Virus record (IMG/VR): IMGVR_UViG_3300023213_000432
Coordinates: 1-64,000 of that record
Length of the DNA stretch: 64,000 nucleotides
Strand: one strand, 5' to 3'
From: a virus
Taxonomy: Duplodnaviria > Caudoviricetes
Under the pieces are notes generated by a model that saw only the letters and a list, made by a program, of their open reading frames with translations, searched no databases and was not told the origin of the DNA. The translations under genes were made by a program, and so were the position numbers. Shown piece by piece: positions 38,086 to 46,836 of this stretch. How positions within the stretch are numbered: the stretch's first letter is position 1; every line of letters starts with the position of its first letter.

Positions 38086-38103
38086 TTCCCATCGCCTAAC
38101 GGC
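38086..38103 (+). repeat. dispersed 18-bp motif
   Basis: exact intergenic copy, 21 nt before ATG 38125. Confidence 0.95.
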
Positions 38104-38124
38104 GCTGATTGAAAACGAAAGGTC

Positions 38125-38742
38125 ATGCGCATGGATGATAAAAATATGTCGATTAAACAATTTTTGCATCGCTCAGGACAAGTCAAAAGTGCAATGGCTT
38201 TTCTAGCTCAGTATCGTGAGTATCTAACCACTGGAGAGTTAGCTCCTATTGTCAGTCCTATTCTAGCTAAGATCGATGTGCATGAAATACAACCGGCGCC
38301 AGGAATAGAACTTATTAGAAATGCTGTTTTGGCGCACCATCTTGCCATTACTATTCGGCAAGAAGAAACTAAACAATCCCGACGAGAGACGTCAAACCTT
38401 TTTAACAAGCCCAATAAGAAAAATTACATAGCTACTGTTTTTAATGCTAAGGGTGAAGTATTAAAGAGCAAAGAATTACCGTTGGATACGGATGGGATTA
38501 GGTGGTGTGATAGAAGATTAATTGAAGCAGAGCCCGGTTCTTATGGAGAAGTGGCTCATGCGGTAATGACTGACAAAGAAGGTAATCCGTTGGTCATTTA
38601 TGTGTCTAGGTTGGAGAGTATGGGAAGATTGCTTCGAAAGAAGAAAGGACCAACGGTTCAAAAGAAATCACTTGGTTTGACAAAACCATTTGTGTGGTTT
38701 GCTCGGGCAAAACAAAGTAAAAGTAATTTTTCAGCAGGTTGA
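38125..38742 (+). CDS. hypothetical protein
   Basis: 205-aa ORF after motif. Confidence 0.75.
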   Translation: MRMDDKNMSIKQFLHRSGQVKSAMAFLAQYREYLTTGELAPIVSPILAKIDVHEIQPAPGIELIRNAVLAHHLAITIRQEETKQSRRETSNLFNKPNKKNYIATVFNAKGEVLKSKELPLDTDGIRWCDRRLIEAEPGSYGEVAHAVMTDKEGNPLVIYVSRLESMGRLLRKKKGPTVQKKSLGLTKPFVWFARAKQSKSNFSAG

Positions 38743-38744
38743 AC

Positions 38745-39029
38745 ATGGGAAATCCGAATAGTGGAAAAGTAAAATGGGTAATCCTTGTGGGTCTACCTGA
38801 TATGTTAGATCCCTACTGGAAAAGTATAGAGCCAAGCACTGGTGATATGACTCCATGTTGGTTTGGACAGACTGTTTGTAACGGCTCCATTAGTGATTTA
38901 CCAAAAATTTACGACACCAAATATGATGCCGAAAAAATAATGACTAAGTTGAAAGATAAGAAGAGTTCCCATACTTCAATATATACTCTATCAATCCAAA
39001 AATATAATCCACGCAAGTCTCATCCATGA
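38745..39029 (+). CDS. hypothetical protein
   Basis: ORF track. Confidence 0.55.
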   Translation: MGNPNSGKVKWVILVGLPDMLDPYWKSIEPSTGDMTPCWFGQTVCNGSISDLPKIYDTKYDAEKIMTKLKDKKSSHTSIYTLSIQKYNPRKSHP

Positions 39030-39050
39030 TTTGATGCATTGAAAGGATTT

Positions 39051-39182
39051 TGTTCCGGGTCGCAGTATTCGGTTATCAATAAGCCAGAGATCGTGGGTGC
39101 GAATCCCACTACCCGTAAAACGGGTATCGTCTAGAAGCCTAGGACACTGACAAATCTCCGACCACGATTTTTATCCGGGACA
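39051..39182 (+). ncRNA. YrlA-like Y RNA with circularly permuted tRNA module
   Basis: terminal stem TGTTCCGGGT-C/TTATCCGGGACA; T arm 39093-109, loop-closed acceptor 39110-126, D arm 39129-145. Confidence 0.85.
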
Positions 39183-39208
39183 CAATTTTGTGTTAGCACT
39201 AAAACTAA

Positions 39209-39276
39209 CTTTGGGTCGAAGTTAATTCGGTTATCACTTTTGCGATTACCTCCGAATTACGCTTACTTATCCAAAG
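39209..39276 (+). ncRNA. short Y-RNA-like gene 2
   Basis: CTTTGGGT-C-GA...GGTTATCA...ACTTATCCAAAG, T run after. Confidence 0.75.
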
Positions 39277-39299
39277 CTTTTTTAAAAAAGGAAAGACAT

Positions 39300-41024
39300 A
39301 TGTCATATTCATCTCATATCAGTAAAAATCCCTCCCAAACTGAAATGGCGCGCCCAGATCAAGTCCAGAACTCGGCAGGCGGATATGTTTTTCAGGTTGA
39401 TAAATGGCAACGTTTAGATCGTTTTCTCATTCTTGGGAACGAAGGCGGCACCTATTACGCTACGGAAAAACAACTTACCTTTGAGAATGTCAAGTGCATT
39501 TCAGAATGTCTCAAAGAGGATGCTTCTCGCACCATTCATCGGATCGTGGAGATTTCGTATGCGGGGCGAGCACCTAAAAATGATCCTGCCATTTTCGCTT
39601 TGGCATTGGCAGCCTCCCATCAGGATCTCAAAGTCCGACAAGAAGCGTTATCTTATCTTCCCCAAGTATGTCGAATTGGAACTCATTTGTTCCATTTTGC
39701 TAGGGACATCGATAAACTTCGAAAGTGGTCGCGAGGTTTGAGAACCGCAGTTTCCAAATGGTATCTTCGCCGTTCCCCGGAGAGCCTTGCTCTTCAAGCT
39801 ATTAAATATCAACAGCGAGATGGATGGAGCCATCGAGATTTGCTTCGTTTGGCTCGTCCTAATCCCAAGGATTGCAAGAAGCCGGTGGATACAGCTACGC
39901 ATGCCAAGTTTGTTCAGCAGTTTGGCTCTGCCTTCCGTTGGATTGTGGATAGGGATCATCTTGGAGAACGTAAAGTCGGAGGAGAATTGAAAACCAAATC
40001 TTTTCCGATTCGGGAGTATCAAGGATACCAGAAAACAGATCTTCCGGCTTTGATTCAAGCCTTTGATCAACTTCATGCTTCTAAAGATTTAAAAGAAGTT
40101 ATCACTCTCATTCGGGAATTTAAAATGCCCCACGAAGCTGTTCCTAATGAATGGAAGGATAAACCGGAAGTTTGGGAAGCTTTACTAGAAGGAATGGGAA
40201 TTACCGCCATCATTCGTAATTTGGGAAAAATGACCAATGTTGGATTGTTAAAACCCTTGGGAAGTAATACCACTCAGGTGGTGGAAAAATTGACTAATGA
40301 AAAAGTCCTGAAAGAAGGACGCGTTCATCCCATTGCTATTCTTTTCGCTCAAAAGGTGTATGCTCAGGGACATGGAGACAAAGGAAAGCTGTCTTGGACG
40401 ACTGTTAAGCCGATCGTAGATGCTTTGGATGATGCCTTTTATTTTGCTTTCAAGACGATTCGTCCTACTGGTAAAAATCATTTGTTAGCGTTGGATGTTA
40501 GTGGATCCATGGGATGTAGCTATATTGCAGGTACTAGTTTGTCAGCTATGGAAGCTTCGGCAGCTATGGCTATGATCACTATGCGAGCTGAGCCCAATTA
40601 TCATTTGGTTGGATTTTCTAGTGCTAGTGGTGGATATGGTGGTAAGTGGGGTGGCGGACAGTCCAAGATGATAGAGATTGACATTACTAAGAAGACTCGT
40701 CTTAACACAGTGATTGAAACTGTTTCTAAAATTCCGATGGGCGGAACAGATTGCGCTTTGCCTATGCTGTATGCTATGGATAATAAGTTGGACGTAGATA
40801 CTTTTGCTATATATACTGATAGCGAGACCTGGCATGGAGACATTCATCCTTACCAAGCTTTGAAGCAGTATCGAGAAAAATCAGGACGAAATGCTAAACT
40901 GGTTGTGGTAGGAATGACGGCAACGGAATTTTCCATTGCTGCGCCTGATGATAATGGAATGCTTGATGTCGTGGGCTTTGATACTGCGGCGCCTGACATC
41001 ATGGCAAATTTTTCTATGGGATGA
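39300..41024 (+). CDS. rsr: Ro60 / TROVE-domain RNA-binding protein (Rsr)
   Basis: NSAGGYVF..RFL.LG.EGGTYY, KYQQRDGWSHRDLLRL, vWA MIDAS LDVSGSM, TDCALPM, TDSET; start re-called behind AAAGGA. Confidence 0.95.
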   Translation: MSYSSHISKNPSQTEMARPDQVQNSAGGYVFQVDKWQRLDRFLILGNEGGTYYATEKQLTFENVKCISECLKEDASRTIHRIVEISYAGRAPKNDPAIFALALAASHQDLKVRQEALSYLPQVCRIGTHLFHFARDIDKLRKWSRGLRTAVSKWYLRRSPESLALQAIKYQQRDGWSHRDLLRLARPNPKDCKKPVDTATHAKFVQQFGSAFRWIVDRDHLGERKVGGELKTKSFPIREYQGYQKTDLPALIQAFDQLHASKDLKEVITLIREFKMPHEAVPNEWKDKPEVWEALLEGMGITAIIRNLGKMTNVGLLKPLGSNTTQVVEKLTNEKVLKEGRVHPIAILFAQKVYAQGHGDKGKLSWTTVKPIVDALDDAFYFAFKTIRPTGKNHLLALDVSGSMGCSYIAGTSLSAMEASAAMAMITMRAEPNYHLVGFSSASGGYGGKWGGGQSKMIEIDITKKTRLNTVIETVSKIPMGGTDCALPMLYAMDNKLDVDTFAIYTDSETWHGDIHPYQALKQYREKSGRNAKLVVVGMTATEFSIAAPDDNGMLDVVGFDTAAPDIMANFSMG

Positions 41025-41046
41025 AAGGATTTAGTTCTCATTTTTC

Positions 41047-41110
41047 GCTTTGGGTCGAAGCAATTTGGTTATCAATGGACAACACCGAATTGCAACCACT
41101 TATCCAAAGC
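41047..41110 (+). ncRNA. short Y-RNA-like gene 3
   Basis: GCTTTGGGT-C-GA...GGTTATCA...CACTTATCCAAAGC. Confidence 0.75.
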
Positions 41111-41124
41111 ATCTATTTTTTTTG

Positions 41125-41194
41125 GTTTCGGGTCGAATTTACTCGGTTATCAATGTTATTGAATCAATCCCGAGTAGAAACACTTATCTGAAAC
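41125..41194 (+). ncRNA. short Y-RNA-like gene 4
   Basis: GTTTCGGGT-C-GA...GGTTATCA...CACTTATCTGAAAC. Confidence 0.75.
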
Positions 41195-41221
41195 AATTTT
41201 ATATCATGGAAAGTATCACTC

Positions 41222-41587
41222 ATGAATGATTTTTTGTTTTTTGGATGCTGGGAAGAAGGAATCTGTGGGCATTATTTGGCCAACAAATTCGGAGAGAGAC
41301 AATTGTTGGAAGACAATCGCCTTCCATTGGATGGCACCTTTCAGCCTATCAAAGAAGTAGTGGGAACTTGGCGCAGGATAGCTATTCACGGCAGGAACCA
41401 CAGAATTCTTACCATTTTGGCCGGATGGGATCAAACTGTGGATAAAAGACCCGGCTCCAACGCCGCTTTTGTTTCTGATGGTATTCAAACTGTAGACGAG
41501 ATGCTAGCACGAGCCGAGAAGATCTTTCCAAAACAGCATGCTCGATTGTTCAAAGGAAATCAAAAGTTTGAATTAGTGTCAGAATAA
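41222..41587 (+). CDS. hypothetical protein directly after the Y RNA locus
   Basis: FFGCW..GHYL..LDG.F..WDQTVDKRPGSNAAF. Confidence 0.7.
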   Translation: MNDFLFFGCWEEGICGHYLANKFGERQLLEDNRLPLDGTFQPIKEVVGTWRRIAIHGRNHRILTILAGWDQTVDKRPGSNAAFVSDGIQTVDEMLARAEKIFPKQHARLFKGNQKFELVSE

Positions 41588-41605
41588 AACAACAGGAGAA
41601 AAAAC

Positions 41606-41740
41606 ATGAGCGAAAATAAATCAACTTGGACAAAACTAATTGTCGGCAACATAGTCTTGGCAACAGCATCAGTTTTAGCTAATAAAGGTGTAGATTATTT
41701 AGTCACAAAGATCAAACAGAAGCTGAAAGAGAAAAAATGA
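41606..41740 (+). CDS. small hypothetical protein
   Basis: AGGAG RBS, ATGA overlap with next. Confidence 0.55.
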   Translation: MSENKSTWTKLIVGNIVLATASVLANKGVDYLVTKIKQKLKEKK

Positions 41741-42096
41741 GAAATTGGTTATGGCTCTTGACATTATGTGGGTGCGCGGCGTTTAGTAGGGATTGTTCTT
41801 CTTGCACAGCGTCTAACTTTGGTTCTGATTGGATTGTTGTACAATACAATTATAATGTAACTCCCATCAATTGTTGGATGCTAAGAAACACAGCCATTAC
41901 TAATGAAACTCAGACAGATGGAATATATTGGAAATCTTCAGATGGACATTTGGTTCATATTTCGGGATGGTATAATCGAGCCCAAGTTAATAATGGAGAC
42001 TGGAAAGGTGCCGTTCACCAATTAAATGTCGATTATGATGGTTGTACAGAGGGCGCTTATCGAATTCAAGATGCCGGATTGGAAAGGAAGGATTGA
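41737..42096 (+). CDS. putative lipoprotein
   Basis: leader LLTLCGC. Confidence 0.7.
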   Translation: MRNWLWLLTLCGCAAFSRDCSSCTASNFGSDWIVVQYNYNVTPINCWMLRNTAITNETQTDGIYWKSSDGHLVHISGWYNRAQVNNGDWKGAVHQLNVDYDGCTEGAYRIQDAGLERKD

Positions 42097-42098
42097 TC

Positions 42099-42347
42099 AT
42101 GGGCACACATTTAGATAGAGAAAAAGCAAAAACGTTTCGTCAAGAGCAAGCTCAAAAAAGGCAAGATGCTTATAATAAACTGACGATCGAGCAAAAGATC
42201 GATAAACTAGATTTTAAGTTCGGTAAAGGAGTTGGAGCTAAGAAAGAGCGCGCCCGCCTTCAAAAGCGATTGGAAGAACAATCAGGGCGCCGTATGGAAA
42301 CCAAAGTTCCAACTGAATTGGAAAAATCAGACGGAAAAACTAAATGA
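42099..42347 (+). CDS. small basic protein
   Basis: start re-called at MGTHL. Confidence 0.65.
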   Translation: MGTHLDREKAKTFRQEQAQKRQDAYNKLTIEQKIDKLDFKFGKGVGAKKERARLQKRLEEQSGRRMETKVPTELEKSDGKTK

Positions 42348-42538
42348 GTACATCAAAGTCTAAGGAATATGGCATTTGGGTCCAACCTAAAGATAACTCC
42401 AATAATGGTTATATTTGCCTTACATTTGATTGCAAAGAGCAAGCAGAGGAGTATTTGAAAGAACATGTTACATCCTTGAGATTCCACAATGAGATCAGAG
42501 AAATATTAGATGGGGTTATCAAAGGGCGCGCATCATGA
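42344..42538 (+). CDS. hypothetical protein
   Basis: ATGA-coupled. Confidence 0.6.
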   Translation: MSTSKSKEYGIWVQPKDNSNNGYICLTFDCKEQAEEYLKEHVTSLRFHNEIREILDGVIKGRAS

Positions 42539-42762
42539 AAGTATCCGAACTAATAGCACAACTTAAAGATGCTGATCCCGAAGCCATTGTGGTGGTAAGT
42601 TGTTTGGTTAATCGCAATGTCATGGGGCAGCGATGCGAAGTTCTGGTTAAAGTTAATTCCGTAGAACATGGCTCAGGAAAACCCAAGCTTCATTTTGACC
42701 GCGGACGGGAACCGGATGAAGGCGAAGATAAATTGACATGCTTAGTGTGTGAAGGATCATGA
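42535..42762 (+). CDS. hypothetical phage protein
   Basis: MKVSELIAQLKDADPEAIVVV. Confidence 0.65.
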   Translation: MKVSELIAQLKDADPEAIVVVSCLVNRNVMGQRCEVLVKVNSVEHGSGKPKLHFDRGREPDEGEDKLTCLVCEGS

Positions 42763-43145
42763 TTAACGCAAGAGTTTTGATTCAAGTAGATCAAGAAAAG
42801 CGATTGTTCGGCAGAGTGGTCGGGCAAAGTTTGATTGGCAATCCATTGATGGAACCCCAAACTGCCAAGTTATATTTGATGGTGGAATTGGATAATCAAG
42901 CCCAAGAAGAAAGTACTTCGACAGAACAACGTCCTATGGGAGAATCTATTACCAAGCATAAGCACGTTTGGATGTGCGAAACGGACGCCCAAGCATTAGT
43001 TAATGAAGGATTGATAATTAATTCAAGTGACAACAAGATTAGAGATCGGTCATTTGGAAATTTTCGAGGAACCAAGGTGAATATCAATGAGGAAGTTCAA
43101 CCGGGAACTTTCAAAACGTTGGATGGAAAGATTCACAAACTATGA
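42759..43145 (+). CDS. hypothetical protein
   Basis: ATGA-coupled. Confidence 0.65.
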   Translation: MINARVLIQVDQEKRLFGRVVGQSLIGNPLMEPQTAKLYLMVELDNQAQEESTSTEQRPMGESITKHKHVWMCETDAQALVNEGLIINSSDNKIRDRSFGNFRGTKVNINEEVQPGTFKTLDGKIHKL

Positions 43146-43531
43146 ACATAGTCTTTACTGACGACGAAATTCCGCGCCATGATTTGGCAGAGGAAATTTT
43201 AGGATCTCATCATACATTGTTTCATGCCTATAATGCGAATGAAGCCATTGCAATTATAGAAATCTTGACTAAAAGTGGAGAGGTGATTGGTCTTTATATG
43301 ACAGATCATGACATGCCATATTCTAAAAATGGCTCCGAATTAGCATCTGACATCATTAATGGCATATCCAACGTGGAAAAATTTATTGCTCAAGTGATTG
43401 TGCATTCCTTTAATCCCGATGGAGCTAAAAATATCGAAGCTAAATTTCGAGCAGCAAATATTCCGGTAACACGATGGATGTTCTCGGAGGACATGTTAAA
43501 ACAATTACAAAAGGAGTTAGAGCCACAATGA
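43142..43531 (+). CDS. receiver domain, cyclic-phosphate-processing type
   Basis: IVFTDDE, TDHDM..NGSE, VIVHSFNPDG. Confidence 0.7.
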   Translation: MNIVFTDDEIPRHDLAEEILGSHHTLFHAYNANEAIAIIEILTKSGEVIGLYMTDHDMPYSKNGSELASDIINGISNVEKFIAQVIVHSFNPDGAKNIEAKFRAANIPVTRWMFSEDMLKQLQKELEPQ

Positions 43532-43728
43532 AGAAATCTATTAAAAAGAAAACAACAAAAGTTTCTCTTGTAGAGAAACATTTGAAAGCCTACTACAAGG
43601 ATAAAGTTTCCTATGCTAAGTTGGTGGAGAAAACTGGAGGGTATCCGCTTTTTCATCCAACCAATGAAGTGGAACGAGCTAAGAAAGAAAAAATGCTCAA
43701 CGCCCATGATGAATGGACACAATCATGA
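43528..43728 (+). CDS. small basic protein
   Basis: ATGA-coupled. Confidence 0.55.
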   Translation: MKKSIKKKTTKVSLVEKHLKAYYKDKVSYAKLVEKTGGYPLFHPTNEVERAKKEKMLNAHDEWTQS

Positions 43729-43943
43729 AATTTCCATTTACAGCTCAAGACATTGACGATCTGATTCACCATCTCCGAACCTTGGATGCCGAAGACAAAT
43801 TGTATTTAGCAGGAGAAATGTTCGGATGTGAGGAAGAAGCTGACAACTATGGTCAAATTATTCTTCATACTGGACTGACGTGGGACAAAGACGGGATGAA
43901 GGTAGTGAAACATATCGAAACCGACGATGAACTGGACTTATAG
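43725..43943 (+). CDS. small acidic protein
   Basis: ATGA-coupled. Confidence 0.6.
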   Translation: MKFPFTAQDIDDLIHHLRTLDAEDKLYLAGEMFGCEEEADNYGQIILHTGLTWDKDGMKVVKHIETDDELDL

Positions 43944-43951
43944 GGGATATC

Positions 43952-44233
43952 ATGAAATTTACTACTCTTTCTGGAAGTATTTACGAATTAGATCAAGAGA
44001 ACAAACGCCTTCGTCGTCTATACGGTAAAAGACCATCCACAGATCGTCAAGGGGACGACTGGAAATGTTATGTCGAAATTTTTCCTAATCCTATTGTTAT
44101 TGGAAGCCGAGTCTTGATTTACTGGATCCAAGAAGAAACGCCATTGCTGGAAGGTAGTCCAGAGAATTCAATTGCGACAACCTTAACTTCTCCAGTCCAA
44201 TCCATCGAGGAAAACCATGGAAATCCGAACTGA
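43952..44233 (+). CDS. hypothetical phage protein
   Basis: FTTLSGSIYELDQENKRLRR. Confidence 0.65.
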   Translation: MKFTTLSGSIYELDQENKRLRRLYGKRPSTDRQGDDWKCYVEIFPNPIVIGSRVLIYWIQEETPLLEGSPENSIATTLTSPVQSIEENHGNPN

Positions 44234-44380
44234 CACCCTTCACTATAAGCTATATGCATTGACATATCGCTCTTTTGATAGTTTGCCACCAGATAAAACA
44301 AACCTATGTCAGTATCTGATATACTCTCACGACTAAAGTCGTGAAGCTCTCAGGTTATTCAAATAAGTTATAAACATAAC

Positions 44381-45421
44381 TCATTGAACATTGCCCGATC
44401 GAGCCTTATCAGGGTTCATCTTCTCATAATTTGGGAAGATGGAGAGGCTCTCGCCAATATCTCTGTCTATTGACGACTGACCAAACATTTGTCTTTGCGC
44501 TATATTAAAGGCAGCATTAACATCTGCGTGATCTGTGTGTTCGCATTGTTGGCAAGCAAAACGCTTGCCGTCCCTTATTCCAAGAGCGCCGCATCTACTA
44601 CATTGTTGGGAAGTATAATGAGGTTCTACCTTGAAGATCGGCACTCCATAACGAAGCGCTTTATATATCAAAAAACTTTCTAATTGATAAAAGCTCCATG
44701 AATTTAACATTCCATTGAGCCTTCTACCTTTGGACTTCTGTTTTCGGATACCCTTCAAGTCTTCCAAAACTAATCCAACTTTATGTTCTACACAATATTG
44801 GATAACCACTTTAGCAATCTTATGATTGAGATCTCTCATAATGTTAGCTTCTCGTTTACTAAGTTGTTTCTTAACAAAACGATAAGCTCCTTGTTTTTGT
44901 GCTGATTTGCGAATGTTTCGATATTTGTTGCGAAGATGCGAACACTTTTTGCCTAGCTTTAGTATCTTTCCCGTGGATGGATTAGCTAACACCGCTATGT
45001 GGGAGGTAGCATTTCTATCTAAACCAACATAACCTGTTGGAGAAAAGACTATGGCTTCGCTGACTTCTACGGAAACATACGCGTATTCTTTGGATAATTC
45101 TACTTGTTTAATCTTCTTGAAGGAAGGCAAGTGGTGAATATCCAAATACAAACTCAAAGGAGTTATTTTGAGAATCTTATTTTGGAGTTTGAGGGATTGG
45201 TTGGGGACTATTAGATTAACATTTCTGATGGTGCGACACCTCTTATTTCTTCCATATTTACGAAGGATCTGATTGGATATAGCGGACTTAAGACCGATGT
45301 GAGAAACTTCTTTGGAGGAAAGCTTGTTGCGATTATGAATAGCAAACTCCGCTATTTTATGAGCTTTGACAAGTTCATCTGATAGATCGAATTGATGGCG
45401 GAGTTTGTAGGTTAGGATCAT
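44381..45421 (-). CDS. tnpB: TnpB RNA-guided endonuclease
   Basis: RuvC D (VGLDRN), E (VLEDL), D (HADVNAA); CSRC..CQQC; TAATG overlap with tnpA. Confidence 0.92.
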   Translation of the reverse strand: MILTYKLRHQFDLSDELVKAHKIAEFAIHNRNKLSSKEVSHIGLKSAISNQILRKYGRNKRCRTIRNVNLIVPNQSLKLQNKILKITPLSLYLDIHHLPSFKKIKQVELSKEYAYVSVEVSEAIVFSPTGYVGLDRNATSHIAVLANPSTGKILKLGKKCSHLRNKYRNIRKSAQKQGAYRFVKKQLSKREANIMRDLNHKIAKVVIQYCVEHKVGLVLEDLKGIRKQKSKGRRLNGMLNSWSFYQLESFLIYKALRYGVPIFKVEPHYTSQQCSRCGALGIRDGKRFACQQCEHTDHADVNAAFNIAQRQMFGQSSIDRDIGESLSIFPNYEKMNPDKARSGNVQ

Positions 45422-45816
45422 TAGACGTTCTTTTGATTCTCTATATATTGTTTTACGGTTGCTTCTGATATACAACCTACACTTTCAGCAAAATAACTTC
45501 TTGTCCATAATGTGGGCAGCTTGCTTTTGAGATGTGGAAATTCAGTTCGTAAGATACGGCTGCTCTTGCCCTTGAGTTGCTGAACTACAAAATGTGGAGC
45601 ATGCACCGGACTACAGTGAATAAAAACATGTACATGATCTGGCATTATTTCCATTGTTTCAATGGTGCAATCAATTTCTTTAACTATTTCTGGTAAAAGT
45701 TGTCGAAGGCGTGTTTCCACCTCATCCACTAAAACTTTTCTACGATACTTTGGACACCAGATCAAATGATAGTTTATATTGAAAATTACTTTGTTGCTGT
45801 GTTTCCATCTCGACAT
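45421..45816 (-). CDS. tnpA: IS200/IS605 Y1 transposase
   Basis: YHLIWCPKYRR, HUH (DHVH), catalytic Y in YIENQ. Confidence 0.95.
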   Translation of the reverse strand: MSRWKHSNKVIFNINYHLIWCPKYRRKVLVDEVETRLRQLLPEIVKEIDCTIETMEIMPDHVHVFIHCSPVHAPHFVVQQLKGKSSRILRTEFPHLKSKLPTLWTRSYFAESVGCISEATVKQYIENQKNV

Positions 45817-45965
45817 TGCTATACCTTTGACAACTATATATCAGAGTATGCATAGATTTTGACAACTATATAACATTTTTTCTGTTAGCAACTTGCAACG
45901 CCTTCATCCAACGACTGAATGTCGTTGGCTTTTGGCTATTGGAGATCGTAAGACGCCTTCTAATT

Positions 45966-46376
45966 ATGATTCCATTATCTGTGTTATGGTTAATTGCTGG
46001 TGTGTTTACTTCTGTTCTTTTTACACTCGTAGTAAATCCAATTAGTTCTTTGTTTGGATTCTGGTATGTCTTTAAATTATGGAAAATGGGAGATAGATCT
46101 ACTATTCAGGTAATCAGGCTTTCAAGGTTCCGATGGTTGCCTTGGATCTTGGTGTTCTATTTTTTGGTGCGGCTCAACATTTATGAATATCACAAGTATG
46201 GTTGGATTAACATATTGTCTATTGTAGAAGTAATGCTTGTTGCTTCATTAATACTTGTAAGTGCCTTTTGTTTCTACTACTACTCTGATACTGGAGATCT
46301 CATTCAAGAGTGGATTGCCGCCAAAACTCAAGGGATCTGTCCATTAATTACCTTCAAAGAAAAAGATAACAAATGA
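45966..46376 (+). CDS. membrane protein
   Basis: multiple TM segments; start uncertain. Confidence 0.6.
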   Translation: MIPLSVLWLIAGVFTSVLFTLVVNPISSLFGFWYVFKLWKMGDRSTIQVIRLSRFRWLPWILVFYFLVRLNIYEYHKYGWINILSIVEVMLVASLILVSAFCFYYYSDTGDLIQEWIAAKTQGICPLITFKEKDNK

Positions 46377-46573
46377 GCACTCACTGCTCTCACAATTATC
46401 ATGCTCTCTGCAAAGACTGTAAAGAGCTAAAACCTTATTGGATATTTAAATTTAATCTCGACTGCAATAAAGTGGGCGACGAAGATAAGTGTTGTGGATA
46501 TTTCTATGCAAATGGATGTTCCAAATCAGAATTGGTTGGTAAGAAAGTTATCACTACCACAAAAGAAATATGA
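46373..46573 (+). CDS. small Cys-rich protein
   Basis: ATGA-coupled. Confidence 0.5.
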   Translation: MSTHCSHNYHALCKDCKELKPYWIFKFNLDCNKVGDEDKCCGYFYANGCSKSELVGKKVITTTKEI

Positions 46574-46836
46574 AAACTTACATCAAAGTCATTGGGAAAC
46601 ATTGTGCTCATTTGAATAGAGTTGGTTACATAGATGATGAGGTTAGAATACCTGCCAGCATGACCTATCCCTATGATACGTGGTTATGGCACATTCGTAT
46701 TCCTTTTGTTAATACTCCGTATCGTATTTCCAACTATGTCATCGCCATGCTTCCCAAAGAGTTTAAGATAATTAGTTGGTTGGAATATGCTTTTGGTTGG
46801 TTAAAACAGTTCTTTGGAAGTTGGAGGAATAATTGA
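46570..46836 (+). CDS. hypothetical protein
   Basis: ATGA-coupled. Confidence 0.55.
   Translation: MKTYIKVIGKHCAHLNRVGYIDDEVRIPASMTYPYDTWLWHIRIPFVNTPYRISNYVIAMLPKEFKIISWLEYAFGWLKQFFGSWRNN

Larger units (their letters stand above)
44316..45937 (-). mobile_element. IS200/IS605-family element
   Basis: tnpA+tnpB, RE hairpin tcacgactttagtcgtga then gagtatatcag, LE hairpin ccaacgac-tgaat-gtcgttgg at 45908-28; left end approximate. Confidence 0.9.
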
